Shown here one piece after another: positions 18,612 through 28,954 of a stretch of DNA of 64,000 nt (positions are counted from its first letter, which is position 1; each line of letters starts with the position of its first letter). A model generated the notes under the pieces. That model was not told where the DNA came from. It worked only from the letters and a program-made list of their open reading frames with translations, and searched no databases. Origin of the DNA: a virus; IMG/VR virus record IMGVR_UViG_3300042691_019533, positions 14,183-78,182 of that record, one strand, 5' to 3'. The translations under genes were made by a program, and so were the position numbers.

Positions 18612-20405
18612 GTGAAAAAAATAATATTTAATTCCGTTAAAATTCAAAATTTTCTTTCTGTCGGTAAAGATCAAATAAAATTAAATTTTAATTCTGGAAT
18701 AAATCTTATAACAGGAGAAAATAAAGATAATGGTGGGAAAAATGGCGTTGGTAAAAGCACTATAGCCGATTCTATATATTGGTGTTTATTTGGAAACACA
18801 ATTAGAGAACTTAAAAAAGATAAAATAATACATTCTAAAAGTAGTGGAAATTGTGAGGTAAGTTTAGATGTTAATATAGAAACAGAAAATGATAATAAAA
18901 ATTATATTATCACTAGAACGATAGATCCATCAAAAATAAGTTTATTATGTGATAATGTAGACATAACACCATCTACTATACCAGCTACCGATGATTTAAT
19001 TAAACATTTAATTGGAGGAACAGAAGAAGTATTTCAAAATTCAGTTATAATGTCTTCTAATAATACCTTGCCTTTCATGGCGCAAAAAAAGATAGACAAA
19101 AGAAAATTTGTAGAAGGAATTTTAAAACTTAATATTTTTAGCGAGATGCTTCTAAAAATAAGATCTGATTATAACGATTATAAAAAAGAAAATGACTTAT
19201 TAAGTAATGATTTTATAAATCAGCAAAAAAATTTAGAAATATTCGAAAAACAAAAAGAAAACGGAGAAGAAATTAAAAGTTTAAAAATAAAGACCATAAA
19301 TGAAAAAATAGAAACAAATAAAAAAACTATTTCAGATTTAAAAAATATAAATTTAAATTTTAATAAAATTAAAATTGACGTTAAAAATATAGAAAATAAA
19401 TTAAAAATTTTAGATTCTGGATATAAAAAATTACAATCTGAAAATTTAAAAATAGTAAATGCTAAGGCTGAAATATCAGCCGAAATAAATCAATTTAAAA
19501 AAGAAAAACAAAAATTTTTAGATAAAGGGAATACATGTCCAGTTTGTAACAGAGATTATTGTAAAGAAGATTTAGAAGTTTTAAATGAAAAACTGAAAGA
19601 AATAGACATTAACATACGAAATCATTCCAAATCTTTAGAGGATATCTTGAATAAGAAAGAAGATAATGATAAAAAAATAAATGATGTAAATTCGGGGATT
19701 ACAAAATTAAAAAATAAACATAAAGAACTTTTAGCGGAATCTACAAAAATAGAAATTACAAACGAAAAAATTAAAAATCTAATAGATAAAAATAAAGAAT
19801 ATGATGATGATATTCTAAAGATTAAAAATGAAAAATACGATTATGATAAAAATATAATAGAGTGTAATAAAAAAATCAAAAATCTAAACGAAAAACTTAT
19901 AAATATTAAAAAATATTTACAAATACTTGATTCTTGTAAGTTTATAGTGTCAGAAGATGGAGTAAAAACCTATATAATAAAGAAAATACTGAAAATTATA
20001 AATGAAAGATTAAATTTTTATTTAAAAACTTTTGATGCTCCATGTAAATGTGAGTTTAATGAATTGTTTGAAGAAACTATATATAATGAACAAGGTAAAG
20101 AATGTTCGTATCACAATTTTAGTGGTGGAGAAAGAAAAAGAATAGATGTTGCTATTTTGTTTATGTTTCAAGATGTTTTACGATTACATTCAGGGATATC
20201 ATATTCTTTAAATATTTATGACGAATTATTTGATTCTGCATTAGATGATAATGGTATTGATAAAATTTTAAATATTTTAAGATTAAAAGTTGAAAAATAT
20301 AAAGAATCGGTTTATATTATATCTCATAAGACATCAACTAAATCAAATATTGATAATGTTATTTTTTTGGAAAAAACAAACGGCGAAACCAAAATGATTA
20401 ATTGA
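18612..20405 (+). CDS. gp46: Recombination ATPase gp46 (Rad50/SbcC-like)
   Basis: NFLSVG, NGVGKST, CPVC zinc hook within coiled coil, FSGGE, DELFD, ISH. Confidence 0.93.
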   Translation: MKKIIFNSVKIQNFLSVGKDQIKLNFNSGINLITGENKDNGGKNGVGKSTIADSIYWCLFGNTIRELKKDKIIHSKSSGNCEVSLDVNIETENDNKNYIITRTIDPSKISLLCDNVDITPSTIPATDDLIKHLIGGTEEVFQNSVIMSSNNTLPFMAQKKIDKRKFVEGILKLNIFSEMLLKIRSDYNDYKKENDLLSNDFINQQKNLEIFEKQKENGEEIKSLKIKTINEKIETNKKTISDLKNINLNFNKIKIDVKNIENKLKILDSGYKKLQSENLKIVNAKAEISAEINQFKKEKQKFLDKGNTCPVCNRDYCKEDLEVLNEKLKEIDINIRNHSKSLEDILNKKEDNDKKINDVNSGITKLKNKHKELLAESTKIEITNEKIKNLIDKNKEYDDDILKIKNEKYDYDKNIIECNKKIKNLNEKLINIKKYLQILDSCKFIVSEDGVKTYIIKKILKIINERLNFYLKTFDAPCKCEFNELFEETIYNEQGKECSYHNFSGGERKRIDVAILFMFQDVLRLHSGISYSLNIYDELFDSALDDNGIDKILNILRLKVEKYKESVYIISHKTSTKSNIDNVIFLEKTNGETKMIN

Positions 20406-20442
20406 TTTTTATATTATAAAAAATAAGTTTAAATAAAAAATT

Positions 20443-21741
20443 ATGGCTTTAAAAATAAAAGAAGATATTAGTAATAGTATTGTATATAAAACAATACCGG
20501 TAAATATTGGTATTCCACATCAACCAAACGGTTTACCTATAGGAAGTCCAGTATATAGTTACATGAATCTACAGCCTATCAGCATACCGAAAGCTCCAGC
20601 GTTAGATATGCCAGAAGCATCATTACCTAGAGCACTTAACTATTATGCTGATTATGGTGGATGTGGATTTTGGAGAATGATATGGCCAGAATTTTTATTA
20701 AATGGTTATCAAAAAGCGTGTATATCTGGACTTACATGTATGGTATTAGATCCTAGATTTTATAGAGATATAAAAGCAATTAGAGTTCAAAGACAAGCCA
20801 CTCCAGCACAAAGAGATTTTATTAAAGAATTAAGAAAACTTAGTCACGAATTAAAATTTAGAATGATTTATGAAGTTGATGATATTGTTTTTAAGGATGA
20901 TATTCCAGACTACAATAGATGTAAGGAACCATTTTGTGATAAAGCTATAACCGAAAGCATAGTCGATATAATGAAAAATATGGATGAAATTACTGTTACT
21001 TGTAATTTCATGAAAGAATATTATAAAGACAAAATAGGAACAGATAGAGTAACTGTAATTCCAAACTACGCTCCAAAATTTTGGTTGGATCGTTTTTATG
21101 ATATAGATAAAATTAAAAATAATTTTGAAAAAAATAAGAAAAGACCAAGAATTTTATATGCAGGATCGGGAACTCACATAGATGTAATGAATAAAACAAA
21201 CGGAAAAGATGATTTCGGACATGTTTTAGAATCTATAATAAAAGCTAGAAAGAAATTTAAGTTTGTATTCAAAGGTTGCTATCCTATAGCACTAAAACCA
21301 TTTATAGATTCAGGAGAAATGGAATTTATACAATGGTCACAGCTTTTTGATTTACCAAGAGGTCTTTATGAAGCAAACTGTAATGCAGTTTATGCTCCAT
21401 TAGCTGATAATACTTTTAATAAATCAAAGAGTAATATTAAAATGATAGAATCTGGAGCATTGGGAATTCCTGGAGTTTTCCAAGATCTCTGCACTTATGA
21501 AACAGCAGATTTAAAGTTTAAATCTGGAGATGATCTTATAAATCAGTTAGAGTATTTAACTTCTGATTTTGATAAATATATTAAATTATCTGAAAAATCT
21601 AGAAAATACGTCGAAGGAATGTGGTTAGAAGATCATATCGACGAGTACGAAGCAATTTATTTTACAGAGTGGGGATCTAAAGAGAGAAAAGAAAAAGCTC
21701 CAAATCTTATAAATTTAAATCCTGAGCAAAATAAATCTTGA
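20443..21741 (+). CDS. GT-B fold glycosyltransferase adjacent to the DNA polymerase
   Basis: ADYGGCGFWR, YEVDD, VIPN, YAGSGTH, APLADNTFNKSKSNIKMIE. Confidence 0.75.
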   Translation: MALKIKEDISNSIVYKTIPVNIGIPHQPNGLPIGSPVYSYMNLQPISIPKAPALDMPEASLPRALNYYADYGGCGFWRMIWPEFLLNGYQKACISGLTCMVLDPRFYRDIKAIRVQRQATPAQRDFIKELRKLSHELKFRMIYEVDDIVFKDDIPDYNRCKEPFCDKAITESIVDIMKNMDEITVTCNFMKEYYKDKIGTDRVTVIPNYAPKFWLDRFYDIDKIKNNFEKNKKRPRILYAGSGTHIDVMNKTNGKDDFGHVLESIIKARKKFKFVFKGCYPIALKPFIDSGEMEFIQWSQLFDLPRGLYEANCNAVYAPLADNTFNKSKSNIKMIESGALGIPGVFQDLCTYETADLKFKSGDDLINQLEYLTSDFDKYIKLSEKSRKYVEGMWLEDHIDEYEAIYFTEWGSKERKEKAPNLINLNPEQNKS

Positions 21742-21766
21742 TATAACTATCAACGCATATTAAAAT
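21738..21766 (+). promoter_or_regulatory. Sigma70-type promoter TTGATA-N17-TAAAAT for the DNA polymerase
   Basis: Motif read directly; 7 nt from ATG 21774. Confidence 0.6.
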
Positions 21767-21773
21767 ATAATAG

Positions 21774-24353
21774 ATGTGGAGAAATATCTATTATGATTAT
21801 AAAAAGTCCATAATTCACTTGTGGACTTGGAATGAATTTGGAGAAAGAGTAAAGGCGGAAGTAGATTTTGAGCCTTTTCTTTACCTAGAAGATAAAAATG
21901 TTCACGATGCTACATCTATTTTTAATACGAAATTAAAAAAATTATCTTTTCCTAACAATTTTAGGAGAATGTCTTTTGTAAAGGACTCTCCAAACAAAAG
22001 AATATTTTTCAACTTAAATACAGAACAACAATACCTATTAACTACCTTTAAAGATTTTTCTGGTTCAGATTATAATATCCAAAATCCATTAAGAATATTC
22101 TTTTTGGATATAGAAACATATAAAGCTAATGAATTAGATCCATTCTCTAGTGCTGAAGAGGCAAGAGATATGATAAACGTAATAACGGTATATGATTCTT
22201 TACTTCAAAAATATTATGTTTGGGGATTAAAGCCTTATTCTACTATAGAAGAAGACGTAACGTATGTTAAATGTTTTTCAGAAAAAGAATTGCTTTCTAC
22301 GTTTCTTAAATTTTGGAGAAAGAATACTCCAGATATAGTATCCGGATGGAATTTCCACGGATATGATCTTCCGTATATAATGAATAGGTTAACTATTCTA
22401 TTTGATGAAGAAAAAAATAAAAAAATGTCTCCGATAGATAGAGTAGAATATAGAGTTGGAGTGTCAGTAAACAAATTAGGACAAAAGAAAAATCAATGGA
22501 TACTTCACGGCATTAGTTGTTTGGATTATATGGATATATATAAAACTTTCTCTATGGGAGAAAGGGAATCATATTCTTTAGGGTTCATAGGTGAATATGA
22601 ATTAGGAGAGTCCAAATTAACATATAATTCTTCATCTTTAACTAAATTAGCTGATGAAGATTGGACTACTTTTGTAGATTATAATATTCAAGACGTAAGA
22701 TTGTTGGTTAAACTTGATGATAAATTAAAATATATGGATCTTATAAGAAATTTATCATATAAAGGATTTATTCCTTTTGAAAAATCTTTAGGAAAAGTAT
22801 CAATGATTACTGGAGCAGTTGCACATCAAGCATTGTTACAGAATTTAATTATACCTACATTTACTTACGAGAATATAAAACAAAAATTTGAAGGTGGTTA
22901 TGTACTACAACCAAAACCTAATCTGTATGAAGATGTCGTAACATACGATGCTAATAGTCTATATCCAAACACTATCATCACGCTTAATATTTCTCCAGAA
23001 ACAAAAATAGGAAAAATTATAGAAATAAAGGATAATATTTTTAATTTAAAGTTAGTTAATGGTAAAATTGTTTCTTTATCAAAAGAACAGTTTTTAAAAT
23101 TTATTAGAGATGAAGATATAGCAATAACAAAAGCTAATATATTATATACTCAAAAATTTAAAGGTGTAGTTCCAACCTTGATTGATAAAATCTATAACCA
23201 AAGAGTTTTATGTAAAAATAAAACATTAGAAGCGAATAAAAAATTACAAGAATGCACAGATAAAGATGAAAGGAAAAAATTATTAACTATAGCAAATGAT
23301 AACGATTCATTATCTAATGTTTATAAAACATTAATTAATTCTATTTATGGAATTTTTTCACAGCAATATTCTCCGTTTTTTGATATCGATCATGCAAAAA
23401 GCGTAACATTAACTGGGCAATCAGTAGTAAAAAGAGGTTCCCAGCTATTTTTTGAATATCTAAAAAATAAAGGATTTACCGGAGATTATGAAGATATAGT
23501 TAAATATATAGATACTGATAGTGCATTCTTATCATTCAGCGATTTTTTTAAACAAAACAGTATAAAATTAAAAGATGAAAAAGGAAATATTTCAAAAGAA
23601 GCTAAAACGTTTATTAAAGATTTAGGAGATTCAGTAAATATTGAAATTAATATTTGGGCTAAACAAGAATTAAACTCTAAAGATCCTAGATATCATTTTA
23701 AGAGAGAAAAAATATGTGATGTAGCATTATTACAAGCAAAAAAGTTTTATATATTACATGTATTAGATAATGAAGGCATTAAGAAAAACGATTTTATATA
23801 TAAAGGAATAGAAATAGTAAAGGCGGCAATGTCTAAAGAAGTTAAAAAGTTAGTTAAAAACGTTATAGAATCAGCTATTCTCGCAAAAGATAGAAAAAAG
23901 GCTACAGAATTATTTCATAAGGCATATGAAGAATATTGCAATATGCCAACTGAATCTATCGCAGTTAGAAAAAACGCAAAAAGTTATAGCAAATGGAGTT
24001 CTTTATTTGATGATGGTAAATTCGGAAAGGGAACGCCAAATCATTATCAAGGAGCATTATTTTATAATAAACTTCTAGAAGATGAAAATATAAAACATTT
24101 ATATTCTAATATTCAAAATGGAACCAAAATAAAATATTTTTATTGTGAAAAAAATAAATTCAATATAAAAACTATGGCTTTTATAGATGAATATCCAAAA
24201 GAATTTAAAAAGTTTATAAAGATGGACTATAAAATGATGTTTGAAAAAAACGTAGTTCCAGTTATAAGTAGAATTTATTATATAATTGGTTGGCCTTTAC
24301 CTGAAATTGGTTGCGAACAAGTTACAGATTTAATGGAATTATTTTCAAAATAA
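21774..24353 (+). CDS. gp43: Family B DNA polymerase (gp43)
   Basis: Exonuclease DIET, GWNFHGYD, YNIQD; polymerase DANSLYP, KTLINSIYG, YIDTDS; C-terminal DLMELF clamp-binding-like motif. Confidence 0.95.
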   Translation: MWRNIYYDYKKSIIHLWTWNEFGERVKAEVDFEPFLYLEDKNVHDATSIFNTKLKKLSFPNNFRRMSFVKDSPNKRIFFNLNTEQQYLLTTFKDFSGSDYNIQNPLRIFFLDIETYKANELDPFSSAEEARDMINVITVYDSLLQKYYVWGLKPYSTIEEDVTYVKCFSEKELLSTFLKFWRKNTPDIVSGWNFHGYDLPYIMNRLTILFDEEKNKKMSPIDRVEYRVGVSVNKLGQKKNQWILHGISCLDYMDIYKTFSMGERESYSLGFIGEYELGESKLTYNSSSLTKLADEDWTTFVDYNIQDVRLLVKLDDKLKYMDLIRNLSYKGFIPFEKSLGKVSMITGAVAHQALLQNLIIPTFTYENIKQKFEGGYVLQPKPNLYEDVVTYDANSLYPNTIITLNISPETKIGKIIEIKDNIFNLKLVNGKIVSLSKEQFLKFIRDEDIAITKANILYTQKFKGVVPTLIDKIYNQRVLCKNKTLEANKKLQECTDKDERKKLLTIANDNDSLSNVYKTLINSIYGIFSQQYSPFFDIDHAKSVTLTGQSVVKRGSQLFFEYLKNKGFTGDYEDIVKYIDTDSAFLSFSDFFKQNSIKLKDEKGNISKEAKTFIKDLGDSVNIEINIWAKQELNSKDPRYHFKREKICDVALLQAKKFYILHVLDNEGIKKNDFIYKGIEIVKAAMSKEVKKLVKNVIESAILAKDRKKATELFHKAYEEYCNMPTESIAVRKNAKSYSKWSSLFDDGKFGKGTPNHYQGALFYNKLLEDENIKHLYSNIQNGTKIKYFYCEKNKFNIKTMAFIDEYPKEFKKFIKMDYKMMFEKNVVPVISRIYYIIGWPLPEIGCEQVTDLMELFSK

Positions 24354-24652
24354 AATTTTTTAAAACTTTCCATTTTTAATTTATTTCTTAAATCGGATAA
24401 ATGTTTTATAATTTCTTCTGCGCTCAAATAAGAATTATTTCTTTTATTTTTAACAATATTTGAAATTTTTTCGTTTCCATTTTTAACTCTAGATTTGATA
24501 ATTGAATTTATTATATTATCTACATTTAAGTCTGTTATTTCTTGATTAAATGTATCATTGTCAAATCTTATACTATCATCTTCAATTAAAATATATTCAT
24601 TACTAAACTTATTATATTTAAAATAATAATTTCCTTTTTTAAAAATTTTCAT
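24278..24652 (-). CDS. Hypothetical protein, convergent with and overlapping the polymerase 3' end
   Basis: 124-aa ORF fills the gap; TAAGTA box 9 nt upstream. Confidence 0.55.
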   Translation of the reverse strand: MKIFKKGNYYFKYNKFSNEYILIEDDSIRFDNDTFNQEITDLNVDNIINSIIKSRVKNGNEKISNIVKNKRNNSYLSAEEIIKHLSDLRNKLKMESFKKFYFENNSIKSVTCSQPISGKGQPII

Positions 24653-24708
24653 ATTTTCTTATACTTACAATGTTGCTTTTTATTAAATATATGATAATAT
24701 ATTTTCTG

Positions 24709-25095
24709 ATGAGTAATACTAATCAAAAAATAGCTGTGTTTTTAGACTATGTAGGTAGAACCGTGTTTGGTGAAATCGTAGAGTCTAACGACGTTAACGA
24801 ATTGAAAATTAAAAATCCTGTAATTCTCCACGTACCACCAGTGGATCAATCTGGAAGAATGGCAGTACAATTATTTCCTTTATTTTTTAGGGAATTTTTA
24901 GCGGATAAATCCGAAGATGTCGTTTTCGCATATCAAAAGGATAAGATTACGCTTACGAATATCGAGTCTATCGATTTTAGATTGTTAGCTCAATATGGTC
25001 AATTATTTAATAAAAATAATGTAATCGTAAACTCAGAACAACAAGCGCAAAATAATCAATCGTCAGATGCGGTTATAAACCTTTTTGACGAATAG
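24709..25095 (+). CDS. Hypothetical beta-rich protein (possibly Sm-like fold)
   Basis: ATG 24709 preferred because TTGCTT...TGaTAATAT lies just upstream; GRTVFGEI..IKNPV pattern; C-terminus VINLFDE. Confidence 0.65.
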   Translation: MSNTNQKIAVFLDYVGRTVFGEIVESNDVNELKIKNPVILHVPPVDQSGRMAVQLFPLFFREFLADKSEDVVFAYQKDKITLTNIESIDFRLLAQYGQLFNKNNVIVNSEQQAQNNQSSDAVINLFDE

Positions 25096-25116
25096 TATAA
25101 ATTAAAAACAACATTC

Positions 25117-25150
25117 AAGCCTCAAAAGTTTTGACTTTTGAGGCTTTTTT
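25117..25150 (+). terminator. Intrinsic terminator overlapping the uvsX promoter
   Basis: Perfect 13-bp stem AAGCCTCAAAAGT/ACTTTTGAGGCTT, TTTG loop, T-tract. Confidence 0.75.
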
Positions 25151-25158
25151 GTTATCAT
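25131..25158 (+). promoter_or_regulatory. Sigma70-type promoter TTGACT-N16-(TG)TATCAT for uvsX
   Basis: -35 box lies in the hairpin loop and stem; -10 box ends 6 nt before ATG 25165. Confidence 0.55.
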
Positions 25159-25164
25159 ATTTTT

Positions 25165-26286
25165 ATGGCTAAAAAAACAAAAGACACACAAGACACACAA
25201 GACACACAACTCGGAAACATAGATGAAGCATTCAAAATTTTAGATGAGCTAAATCCAGATGCTGCGTTTCTAGATGAAAATACATTATCTACAGTAGACG
25301 AATGGGTAGACACAGGATGTATGGCATTAAACGCTATTATTTCAGGTTCTCTATACGGTGGTATTCCTATGGGTAGGATTACTGGTTTTGCTGGACCGCA
25401 AGCATGTGGAAAAACATTAATGGTTAATAAAATAATGGCAAACGCCCAAAAGAAAGGAATGCATGTTGTATATTTTGATACTGAAAATGCTCTTGATAGA
25501 GATACCGCAAAAAATTTAGGTTGCGATCCATCTAAAATTAAACACTGCCCAACAGAAATTATAGAGGAATGTAGAAATCAAATTGTAAAATTTTTAAAAA
25601 CTATTATAGAAAAAGGATTGCGAGGAAAAGTATTGTTAGCGATTGATTCTTTAGGAAATCTCATTTCAGCTAGAGAATCTAAAATAATAGACGACGGAAA
25701 GGATAGTGCGGATATGGGTGCTAGAGCAGTAGCTCTAAAAAGTATGCTTAGAGCTATTACACATACAGCAGCAAAAGCAAATTGTCCAATAGTTTTCACA
25801 AATCATATATATGAAAATCCAGGTGCTATGTATCCAACATTGATTAAGAGTCAATCTGGTGGATCTGGTCCGTTGTATATGTCTTCAGTACTAGTTCAAA
25901 TGTCAACAAAACAAGAACGAGTAGGTAAATCTGATAATAAAAATGCTTCTGATGAAGTTACTCCTCTATCTAAAGATGTTAATGGATTAACCATGAGGGC
26001 TTTAACTACTAAGAATAGATTTGTTCCGCCATTTTTAGAATGTGAAATGTATCTTAATTTTAGAACTGGACTATCGAAATACTCTGGCTTATTAGAAATG
26101 GCAGAAGGATATGGAGTAATAACAAAGCAAGGTCATAGATATGTATTGGGCGAGGAAGTGTTAGGGTTCTATAAAGATTTCAAAGATAATGATCAAGTAT
26201 GGAATAAAATTCTACCGGAATTAGAAAAGAAACTAAAATCACATTTGAAATTTAAAAACGAAACTTCACAAGAAGTAAATGAATAA
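25165..26286 (+). CDS. uvsX: RecA-like recombinase UvsX
   Basis: DTGCMALNAIISG, GPQACGKT, YFDTE, IDSLG, KNRF; ATG 25165 preferred to TTG 25138. Confidence 0.93.
   Translation: MAKKTKDTQDTQDTQLGNIDEAFKILDELNPDAAFLDENTLSTVDEWVDTGCMALNAIISGSLYGGIPMGRITGFAGPQACGKTLMVNKIMANAQKKGMHVVYFDTENALDRDTAKNLGCDPSKIKHCPTEIIEECRNQIVKFLKTIIEKGLRGKVLLAIDSLGNLISARESKIIDDGKDSADMGARAVALKSMLRAITHTAAKANCPIVFTNHIYENPGAMYPTLIKSQSGGSGPLYMSSVLVQMSTKQERVGKSDNKNASDEVTPLSKDVNGLTMRALTTKNRFVPPFLECEMYLNFRTGLSKYSGLLEMAEGYGVITKQGHRYVLGEEVLGFYKDFKDNDQVWNKILPELEKKLKSHLKFKNETSQEVNE
25183..25209 (+). repeat. 9-bp tandem repeat (GACACACAA)x3 encoding DTQ x3
   Basis: Exact repeat read directly. Confidence 0.9.
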
Positions 26287-27703
26287 TAATTTATCTATAG
26301 ATTTTGAATTGTTTGAAAAAATTATTTTCTATAATTCTATTATGGATAATGATTATTTAGAAACAATTCTTGAATATATAAAACCTTCTTTTTTTAAAGA
26401 TAAAAAGATAAAAAGGCTGTTTGAAGTTTTAAAGGATTATTATGAAGAATTTGATTGTGCTCCGAATTTAACAGAATTAAAAACTCATTTAATTACAGAG
26501 GATGATAAACAAGCTTTTAAGGAAACTGTATTATCTTTTCAGTCTTTGGATAAAAAATATAATAAAGACGTTCTTTTAAAAAACACCGAGAGATTTTTAA
26601 AAGAAAAGTCAGTTATAGATACAGTACAAAAAACATCTCTTAATTTACAGTCTGGAAATATAGACAGCACAAAAATATTAGATGATTTTGAAAAAGCTTG
26701 CAGTATCTCGTTAATTGAGAATATAGGATTTGATTATTTGGAATCCATAGATGAGCATTGTGAAGATTTGCAAAAAGTTTTCAAAGTTATTCCTACTGGT
26801 TGGAAGTGGCTTGATAATAAAATAGGCGGCGGCTTCATGTCAGAAGGACGAGCTTTGTATGTATTTTTTGGAGTCACAAACGTTGGAAAATCTATATTTT
26901 TAGGTAATATAGCAACTAATATTTTGAATCAAGATAAAACAGTACTATTAATTACTTTAGAAATGCCAGAACAAGTTTACGCTAAAAGAATATCTTCGCA
27001 GTTGAGTCAGATACCTTTTGATGGTCTTAGTTCTAGTTTAGTAAAATTAAAAAATACTATAAACGAATATAAAATTAAAAATAGAAAATCTAAATTAATA
27101 ATTAAAGAGTTTCCACCAAAAGGAGTTTCCGTTTTAAATATTAAAACGTATATAAATAAATTAGTTAAAAAAGGTATAAAACCTGATGCTATTGTTGTTG
27201 ATTATATTAACTTGATATCACCAAATACTTCAGCGTCTACTAATTCTTACGAATCAATTAAAACTATAACAGAAAGTTTAAGAGCTTTATCGTATACTTT
27301 TTCATGTCCTGTAATTTCAGCAACTCAAGCTACTAGAAGTGCAGTAAATTCTGGAGAATTAGATCTGGATAAAACCAGTGAATCTATGGGGTTATCGCAT
27401 ACTGTAGATGCTCAATTTTCAATATGGACTGAAGACGGAGATACTGATTTAGGAATCATCCATATGGGAATAGTTAAAAATAGATTTGGTCCTAGAAAAC
27501 ACACTACTATTTTAGGAATTGATTATCCAACGTTAACATTAAAAGAAATAGATGAAGATGGTATTTTGAAAGATAATTCTGATTCTAAAATGCCAAATAT
27601 AACGGATGACATCGAAAAAGCTTTATTATGTGAAGAATCATCGGATTCTAATGATATAAGTCAAACTTTAAATAAATTAAATTTTTTATCTGATAATAAT
27701 TAA
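26279..27703 (+). CDS. gp41: Replicative DnaB-like helicase gp41
   Basis: GVTNVGKS, ITLEM, IIKEFPP, VDYINL, SATQATR, SES, KNRFG. Confidence 0.93.
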   Translation: MNNNLSIDFELFEKIIFYNSIMDNDYLETILEYIKPSFFKDKKIKRLFEVLKDYYEEFDCAPNLTELKTHLITEDDKQAFKETVLSFQSLDKKYNKDVLLKNTERFLKEKSVIDTVQKTSLNLQSGNIDSTKILDDFEKACSISLIENIGFDYLESIDEHCEDLQKVFKVIPTGWKWLDNKIGGGFMSEGRALYVFFGVTNVGKSIFLGNIATNILNQDKTVLLITLEMPEQVYAKRISSQLSQIPFDGLSSSLVKLKNTINEYKIKNRKSKLIIKEFPPKGVSVLNIKTYINKLVKKGIKPDAIVVDYINLISPNTSASTNSYESIKTITESLRALSYTFSCPVISATQATRSAVNSGELDLDKTSESMGLSHTVDAQFSIWTEDGDTDLGIIHMGIVKNRFGPRKHTTILGIDYPTLTLKEIDEDGILKDNSDSKMPNITDDIEKALLCEESSDSNDISQTLNKLNFLSDNN

Positions 27704-27737
27704 TATAGTGACTTTTTAATATGTTAGTGTAAATAAT

Positions 27738-28631
27738 TTGGTGCATAGTAAAGCATATCATATTTTTACACATAAAGATTTAGACGGGGCGGTTAGTTTA
27801 TTAACTTTTATCTGGTCGCATCCAGATAGTATTATTTCGTATGAAGAAATAACAAATCTGGAATTAAATAAGATAAAAGATTTTATTAAAAAAACTATTA
27901 ACCCTCCTAATATATTAATATTAGATTTATCTATACGAGAAGAATTTATAAACGATTTAGATCATAGTTTCGTATCTATAATAGATCATCACGAAAGATC
28001 AATTCCATTAGCTAATAAATTTAAAAAAGCTAAAGTGTTTTTTAAAAATTTAACTTCTAATTCTTTATTAGTTAGAAAATTATATCAAAATTCTTCTCCA
28101 GAATTAACTGAAAACCAAAAAAAATTAATTTTATATGCGGATGATTATGATTGTTTAAGATTAAAATATGAACAATCTTTTGATTTAAATATTATTTTTT
28201 GGAATGAATTTAAAAACGATTTTTCAAATTTTATTAAAAAATATAAAAATGGATTTTTTGATTTCGAAGAAAAACAAAAAAGAATAATTTCAGAAATTAA
28301 ACAAAAAATAAAAAAAGAAGTTAATAATTTAAAAATTTTTAAAGGTGAAATAAAAATAAATTCCGAGTATAAAAAAGCTTTGGCTATTTCCATAGAAAAC
28401 TCAAATCCTTTACTGGTTGATTATTTAATATATAAATATGATTATGAGTTATTTATAATCATAAATACTAAAAATGAAAAGGTAAAAATAAGACAAAAAA
28501 TAACAGATACCCCAATAGATTTAAAAAACTTTTGTGAAAAATATTGTGATGGTAACGCAACAACATTTTTAGGTGTAGGAAAACTAACACCATTATTTTT
28601 AGAATTGACTAAAAACTTTACTCCATTATGA
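27738..28631 (+). CDS. DHH-family phosphoesterase
   Basis: THKDLDG, ILDLS, IIDHHE, DDYD; start could be TTG 27738 or GTG 27741. Confidence 0.8.
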   Translation: MVHSKAYHIFTHKDLDGAVSLLTFIWSHPDSIISYEEITNLELNKIKDFIKKTINPPNILILDLSIREEFINDLDHSFVSIIDHHERSIPLANKFKKAKVFFKNLTSNSLLVRKLYQNSSPELTENQKKLILYADDYDCLRLKYEQSFDLNIIFWNEFKNDFSNFIKKYKNGFFDFEEKQKRIISEIKQKIKKEVNNLKIFKGEIKINSEYKKALAISIENSNPLLVDYLIYKYDYELFIIINTKNEKVKIRQKITDTPIDLKNFCEKYCDGNATTFLGVGKLTPLFLELTKNFTPL

Positions 28632-28954
28632 TAATAACATCTTCACAACAATTAGAAGAACTTTATAATCCGTCCGAAAAAATAAATATGGATGAATTTG
28701 AAGAATTAACACTTAAAGTTGGATCTTTTATATGCATTTCAAAAAGAAAAAAAATTAATTTTTTAAATCTATTAAAATTGATAATAGACGACAAAAAAAC
28801 TCAAAAAATTTATTTCTCAATATTAGGAGAAAATAATTTACATTTAGTTTTGAAAGCGTATTTAAATTCTACTCCAAATTGTTATAAAAAAATATTCAGA
28901 TCTAAAATGAATAAAAATGCAAAATATAACAGAACACCAAAAGAAAATATATAA
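28628..28954 (+). CDS. Hypothetical protein
   Basis: 108-aa ORF coupled to both neighbours. Confidence 0.7.
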   Translation: MIITSSQQLEELYNPSEKINMDEFEELTLKVGSFICISKRKKINFLNLLKLIIDDKKTQKIYFSILGENNLHLVLKAYLNSTPNCYKKIFRSKMNKNAKYNRTPKENI

